DNA from: Intoshia linei
Lineage: Eukaryota > Animalia > Orthonectida
DNA: 41,536 nucleotides
Direction: 5' to 3'
NCBI GenBank assembly: GCA_001642005.1
Contig: LWCA01000194.1
Span: 1-41,536, forward strand
Part shown: piece after piece, positions 36,619-41,536 of the stretch
How the letters are laid out: each line of letters opens with the position of its first letter
How positions within the stretch are numbered: position 1 is the first letter of the stretch
Notes under the pieces: model-generated
What the model was told of the DNA's origin: nothing
The model's input: only the letters and a program-made list of their open reading frames with translations
The model's database searches: none
Made by a program: the position numbers and the translations under genes

Positions 36619-38063
36619 TTATTTATTATCGTACATAATAAAGTATTTTTTAACATTGTCAGCTAAAAAATGTCTTTGTTTTGTAAGTAACTTATTCAGT
36701 AAACTCAAGATCCGTTCAATTTCAATTGATGTTGAGGGGGCATTTCGTACAGAACTATACAATGATGGAGGTTTAGATTGATCAACGTTCAACATAATTA
36801 TTTTGATATCGTTGTTCTTCAATCTTTTGTTATGTAATTATTAATATTGGCAGGGTCAAGAAACAATTGTATACCATTAATCACCTTGAATGCTATTTCT
36901 ATCGTGAAGTTTGATTCTTGCGACATATCAATTACATCAATTAAATATTTGTACCCAGATAATTTAACTGATTTCTTATATACGTTTGAGTTTGATACTG
37001 CTTCCCTTGCTCTTTGCACAATAATTTCATTACCAGTTATATTCTCAACTATATCATTTACAACATTGAAATTATCAATATAATAGACACTAGCTTTATA
37101 CCAGCTACCCCATCTAGTAATAATGGGCCGAGGTGGATATCCAATATTATGGAATAACTCTCAAATGTATTTATTTTGGAGAGTTAAAAATTTTATTTTT
37201 GATATTAATTGATTGAAATTTTCATAGTTTTGCATCAGTCACATGCAACAATTATGGATCAAATGGCTTGTGCAGGTAACGTGAAAAAGATTGAGATAAA
37301 TTATTTTTAACTGGTTTGTAACTGATGTGTTGTATCTAAAAATAAAATATCTGAAGACCAACAATGTTAGTTAATAATAAAAAATATATAAACTGTATTC
37401 AGAAAAGATATTTTTTACAGCTATTCTCACAGATGAAAAATAAATTAAATACCGTGTGGCATCCGTTAAAAACAGTTGAAACTGAATCCTGTTTACATTG
37501 AGTTGTTGAAGAGTATCATAGACTGAATGTATAACCTTTTTACCATTCATGTTTGCATTAATAATCTTACAATCAATAATATTGTTTTCTTAAGGTTTTT
37601 AATTGTTCCAATCAAAATTTTTACGTACTTAGAACCGTTTGAGTCAGATTCGTCAATTATTATTCATGAAAATTGATTCATTTTCGCAATACTGTTCAAT
37701 TCTTTTTATTTTATATGCATATAATTTACCAATTTTATTTCGACAATTAGATTCAGATGGTAAAATCTTACCCATAGTTCTGAACAACTCTTTTAATTTA
37801 TGATAGTTAAGTTTATTTAAAAGTATGTCTCCAGATAAAAAAGCCTCTAACACCTGTAAATCAAAATCGTTAGATTTATTAATATAAGTCCGAATAGTAA
37901 GAGTGTCCACTTTTATTTTGTGTGTGACAGAATTTCTATGCACCTGCACATAGTGCAATTTATCAAATGAAACATGGATGGTACATTTGACACAAAACAA
38001 ATTTTCGTCTTGTTTCATAAATTCACACGAATATAACCTTAATATCTTTAATATATTTATCAA
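36619..38063 (-). pseudogene. Decayed hAT-superfamily (CGGBP-related) transposase with BED-like zinc finger
   Basis: LFCVKC..VHRNSVTH (C2H2), EAFLSGDILLNKL, LPSESNCR, IIDES (first catalytic D), LFLTDATRY (second D), FHVTCTSHLIHNC (CxxH), PPRPIITRWGSWYKASVYY, APSTSIEIER..LLTKQRHF (catalytic E). Several stops and frameshifts are present. Confidence 0.85.
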
Positions 38064-38214
38064 AATATTTAATATAATATATCAAAATATTTTCAAATGA
38101 TTACTTAAATTGTGGAACCTACCATACCCGTGGCCCATTTTCGAGACCTCGATGAAATTTTGGTAACATTGGGCGTCATTCAATGTAGCCTCGAACTTGT
38201 TAAATTAGGATCTG

Positions 38215-38775
38215 CTTACTGATATAAAGTAAAAGTTGCCAAAATCTTGTGCAATGTAAATATTTAGACTAAAAATGAAACTTACATAAATTTAAAAAAA
38301 TCAATTATAAGTCCACTTTTTCCGATACAAAAGTAAGATAAATTTCAAATTTTGGAAATTTGTAAAAGCTTCACGGTCAAAAACACAAATTACACTTTAA
38401 AAAAAAAAAATAAAAAAGTCCCTGAATTTAAAAATATCATAGATTGTACTGTTTAATATCCAAAAAATATTCAACCTCCAAAATAAACACCTTGATAGTC
38501 ATAAAAGCATTTACCAGCAATTCAATAACTAATTATAATTAATGGTCTCAGAGTCAAAAAAAAAAGATTTTAAATAAACTGATACAGTTGATCCCAACTT
38601 AATTTAGAAAAAAATTTTCACATTATAAATCTATACATTCCTGGTTAAAAATTAATTTTAATGTTTTATAATTTTTGATTAATTTATTCATTTTTTGTTG
38701 GTAATATACATTTAAACATTTCCCCCTCGGTAGAGCTAGCTGCTGTTTATATAAGGTACATAACAGGCAACTTAG
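38215..38775 (+). mobile_element. Family H repeat body followed by a Helitron-like 3' end
   Basis: CTTCACGGTCAAAAACAC and GATACAG..AGAAATCT-like blocks, ending CCCCCTCGGTAGAGCTAGCTGCTGTTT..GTACATAACAGGCAACTTAG. Confidence 0.6.
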
Positions 38776-38968
38776 AAATAAATGAATCAATAATTTTAAA
38801 TATTATTGTTAATAAACTTAATTGGAAACAATTAAGTGGGAATTATTCATTTTAAATTATTATTATTAAAATATTAAAATGAAATTCAAGTTTAGGAATA
38901 ACTTCTTTAAATGATTGTTAATGAAGATTTTATTATTGAATTTATTTTTTTGGTAGAATTAGATAAGT

Positions 38969-39024
38969 CCGCCCTCGGCAGAGCTAGGTGCTGTTTGTAC
39001 GTAGTACGAAACAGCCAAGCTAGT
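38969..39024 (+). mobile_element. Canonical Helitron 3' terminus (hairpin plus CTAG|T)
   Basis: Hairpin GCTGTTTGTAC-gta-GTACGAAACAGC at 38990-39015, followed 4 nt later by CTAG and T. Confidence 0.8.
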
Positions 39025-40489
39025 TATATATTATTATTAATGAATATAACATTTTAATCATCAATTTTATGTTTCTATGCGGTGTAAAATACATTAATTA
39101 ATGTATTATATAATTTAAAAATGCTAAAATCTGGGTAATGAATCATAGCTAATAAATCAAAAAAGTTAGGGAAACACTTCCTTGTTATACGATAATTATA
39201 ATTATTTTGAATTAAATGAAAAAAAATTACGAAATTTACATTTCACTTTGAGTTGACACATACATGTATATAGCATTAGTTTGACGCAAATATTCAATTT
39301 GGCCATTCATTACTTTTATTTTAAAAATAATTATAAATCAATGCAAATGGTTTACTTATCGTCAATTTCCGAGTCAACATTGTTTTCATTATTTTTAGTT
39401 GCTAAAATTTAAATCTATATTCTTAGTCATATAATCTAAAAATTACTAAAAATGTGTCTGTATGACCATCTATTTAAAAAACTGACAGTCACAAAAATTT
39501 TCTAAAAAAAATAAAAGTCAGTTTTTTGCGGTGCAGAAAGTAAGATAAATTTCAAATTCAGAAAATGGCATCTTCACGGCCAAAAACCACAAAACACAAT
39601 TTCAATTATTTAGTGCTAAAATTTTAAAAAACACAAATTCTGAGTTTTTACAATCATGAGCATTATAATAAATTACAACCCAAAAACTTGTCTTCGAAAT
39701 TTTCTCTTATTTTAAACAAAATGCCATTTTGGTATAGAGAGAATCGATTGTACTAGATATCATTTTTATATAAAATTTACAGTAAATAGATAATTTTTAA
39801 ATTTTATGAAATATTTCATAAAAATCTCAAGAATGTGAAATAGTCCACAAAATTAATAGATTTTTTAAGTTATAAATAAAAATTAATTTACCAAATACTT
39901 TTGGCTATGAAATTTTAACCGTGTATATTTGATGGAATTTAGATAAAATATTTACAATAATCTAATATTAAATTTATATAAGGGCAGAAACTTAAACTTA
40001 AAAGATGAGTAATATGATATAAAATCTAATTTTAAGTTTAATTGAACATTTTCATTCTTTTAATTTTCAATAATACTCAATTCTTTTTCCAAATTTTGTG
40101 TTTTATCTTGATAAACTAAGCTGCTCTGTTGTGATTCTCTAAATAAAACCATAATTCAGAACCAGAAACATTTTGTTTTAAAAAAGATAAATAAATGAAA
40201 AAATACAAATTTAGATATACAGTGTCCCCCTCTGATAACGAACATTTAAACATTATTTTTTTCCAAGTTCGTTATTGAAAGATAACAAACAAAATATGTA
40301 ACAAATCATATTTAAAATTAATTTATTGCTTCCTAGACAAAAAATCTACATTTAAATTTATATAATTTTAAATTTATAATTAAAATTATAATTTTAAAAC
40401 ACAAACTATTAAAATTTATAATTTTATTTTGTAAATCTGTGATTTTCAACAGACGTGTTAAAAATAGTGGAGCAACATAAAATATAAAT

Positions 40490-40980
40490 CTAGGGTATAT
40501 AATCATTTTTGTTAGTGTGTGTGTGTTTGTCTACTTTATTGAAATAACTACTAGTCTTAGAATTTTATAAACTCCACATTTCAATTACAGTTTTTTCAGG
40601 AGGTAATAATACGATAAATTTCAACCTCCCAAACTCACATCTTACGGGTCAAAAATCCCAATTGTGCCTCTTTTTGAAAATCAAACGAGTTGGAGAATTT
40701 AAAAAAATTTAAAAGATTTACTATTCGTCAAGCATTTTATCATATTTTACTTTAATCTTTACATAAATTCTGGGATAGTTTTTAAAATCATCAACATTAT
40801 CATAAATGGAAACCTCAAAAATGATAATTTTCACAATCAAAACTCCACATTACCATTTTTTCTTTAAATGAAAACAGCCTTATAATTAAAAAAAAAATTA
40901 CAGATGGTACAGTTGTATCCTGTTAACACACACAAAAAATTCCAATCTGAATAAGTGACACTTTTCCGGTCAAAAAGAAA
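40490..40980 (+). repeat. Family H Helitron-like repeat
   Basis: Colinear with 28010-28450 and 3955-4470. Confidence 0.8.
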
Positions 40981-41536
40981 TATTAAGAATAAAAAAAAAA
41001 TTTAATTAAAATAACGTTTCTTAATTTTCCATATAATCGGTCCGATCAAAAATAAATTCAAAGTGAAAATTTATTATTATATTATTAATATAATTTCAAA
41101 CAAATATTCACAAATACGTTTAATTTCGAATATAATACAGAAAAATAACATTTTTAATATTTTTTTATGAAGAAATTTAAAGGCAATGTATTTAAATAAC
41201 ATTTAATGGTTATCAACTAGAGTGTAAAACTCAAGTCTAAGGAATACAAATTTCAAAAATTCTCATGTTCACTATTAAAAAAATAGAATCAAATAAGGAA
41301 AAATATGAAATTATAAATTTTATTACTTCCTAATCATATAATTAATGTTTGAGGGTTCTTCTTTTTTTAAATTGGTATATATAATTTATTTTATAGCAAA
41401 TATTTCACCAATTTTTTAAAAAATAATTTCTGTAAAAAAATTTTGTAAGTGTTATCACATTGACAATCGTTATTCCATTTTTAATTTAGCTATTATCACA
41501 TTGGTTGTAATTATTATCATATCGATAGTGAAATGG

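Noticed and set aside
17811-37083. Shadow ORFs 17811-18002, 21277-21507, 25071-25268, 25609-25800, 25891-26079, 34654-34911, 34829-35017, 35219-35485, 35602-35985, 36847-37083
   Set aside because: They lie antisense to well-supported coding exons or the transposase and have no motifs of their own.

Overview
Very AT-rich eukaryotic (invertebrate animal) DNA with a compact genome: genes are split by many tiny GT-AG introns (about 30-45 nt), so the ORF track shows only fragments. The architecture resembles a reduced parasite genome such as an orthonectid (inference only). Manually spliced genes are: a COE/collier/EBF transcription factor (minus, 13 exons, ~469 aa), proteasome ubiquitin receptor Rpn10/PSMD4, DEAD-box helicase DDX55/Spb4, a class VI POU homeobox gene, BCAS2/SPF27, a disrupted VPS10/sortilin-like receptor, and a polycystin-2 (TRPP) channel. 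An orphan terminal exon at 947-1036 is homologous to the Rpn10 last exon, suggesting a second Rpn10 paralog just left of the window. Long introns and intergenic DNA are filled with DNA-transposon debris: mariner, Tc1-like, hAT/Charlie MITEs, Helitron-like repeats, and a decayed intron-containing CGGBP-type hAT transposase. Highlights are the probable Rpn10 duplication flanking COE, a Cys50-to-Ser change in the POU homeodomain, an operon-like co-oriented five-gene run with 46-236 nt spacers, and serial transposon-footprint palindromes. No CRISPR, rRNA or tRNA was seen.
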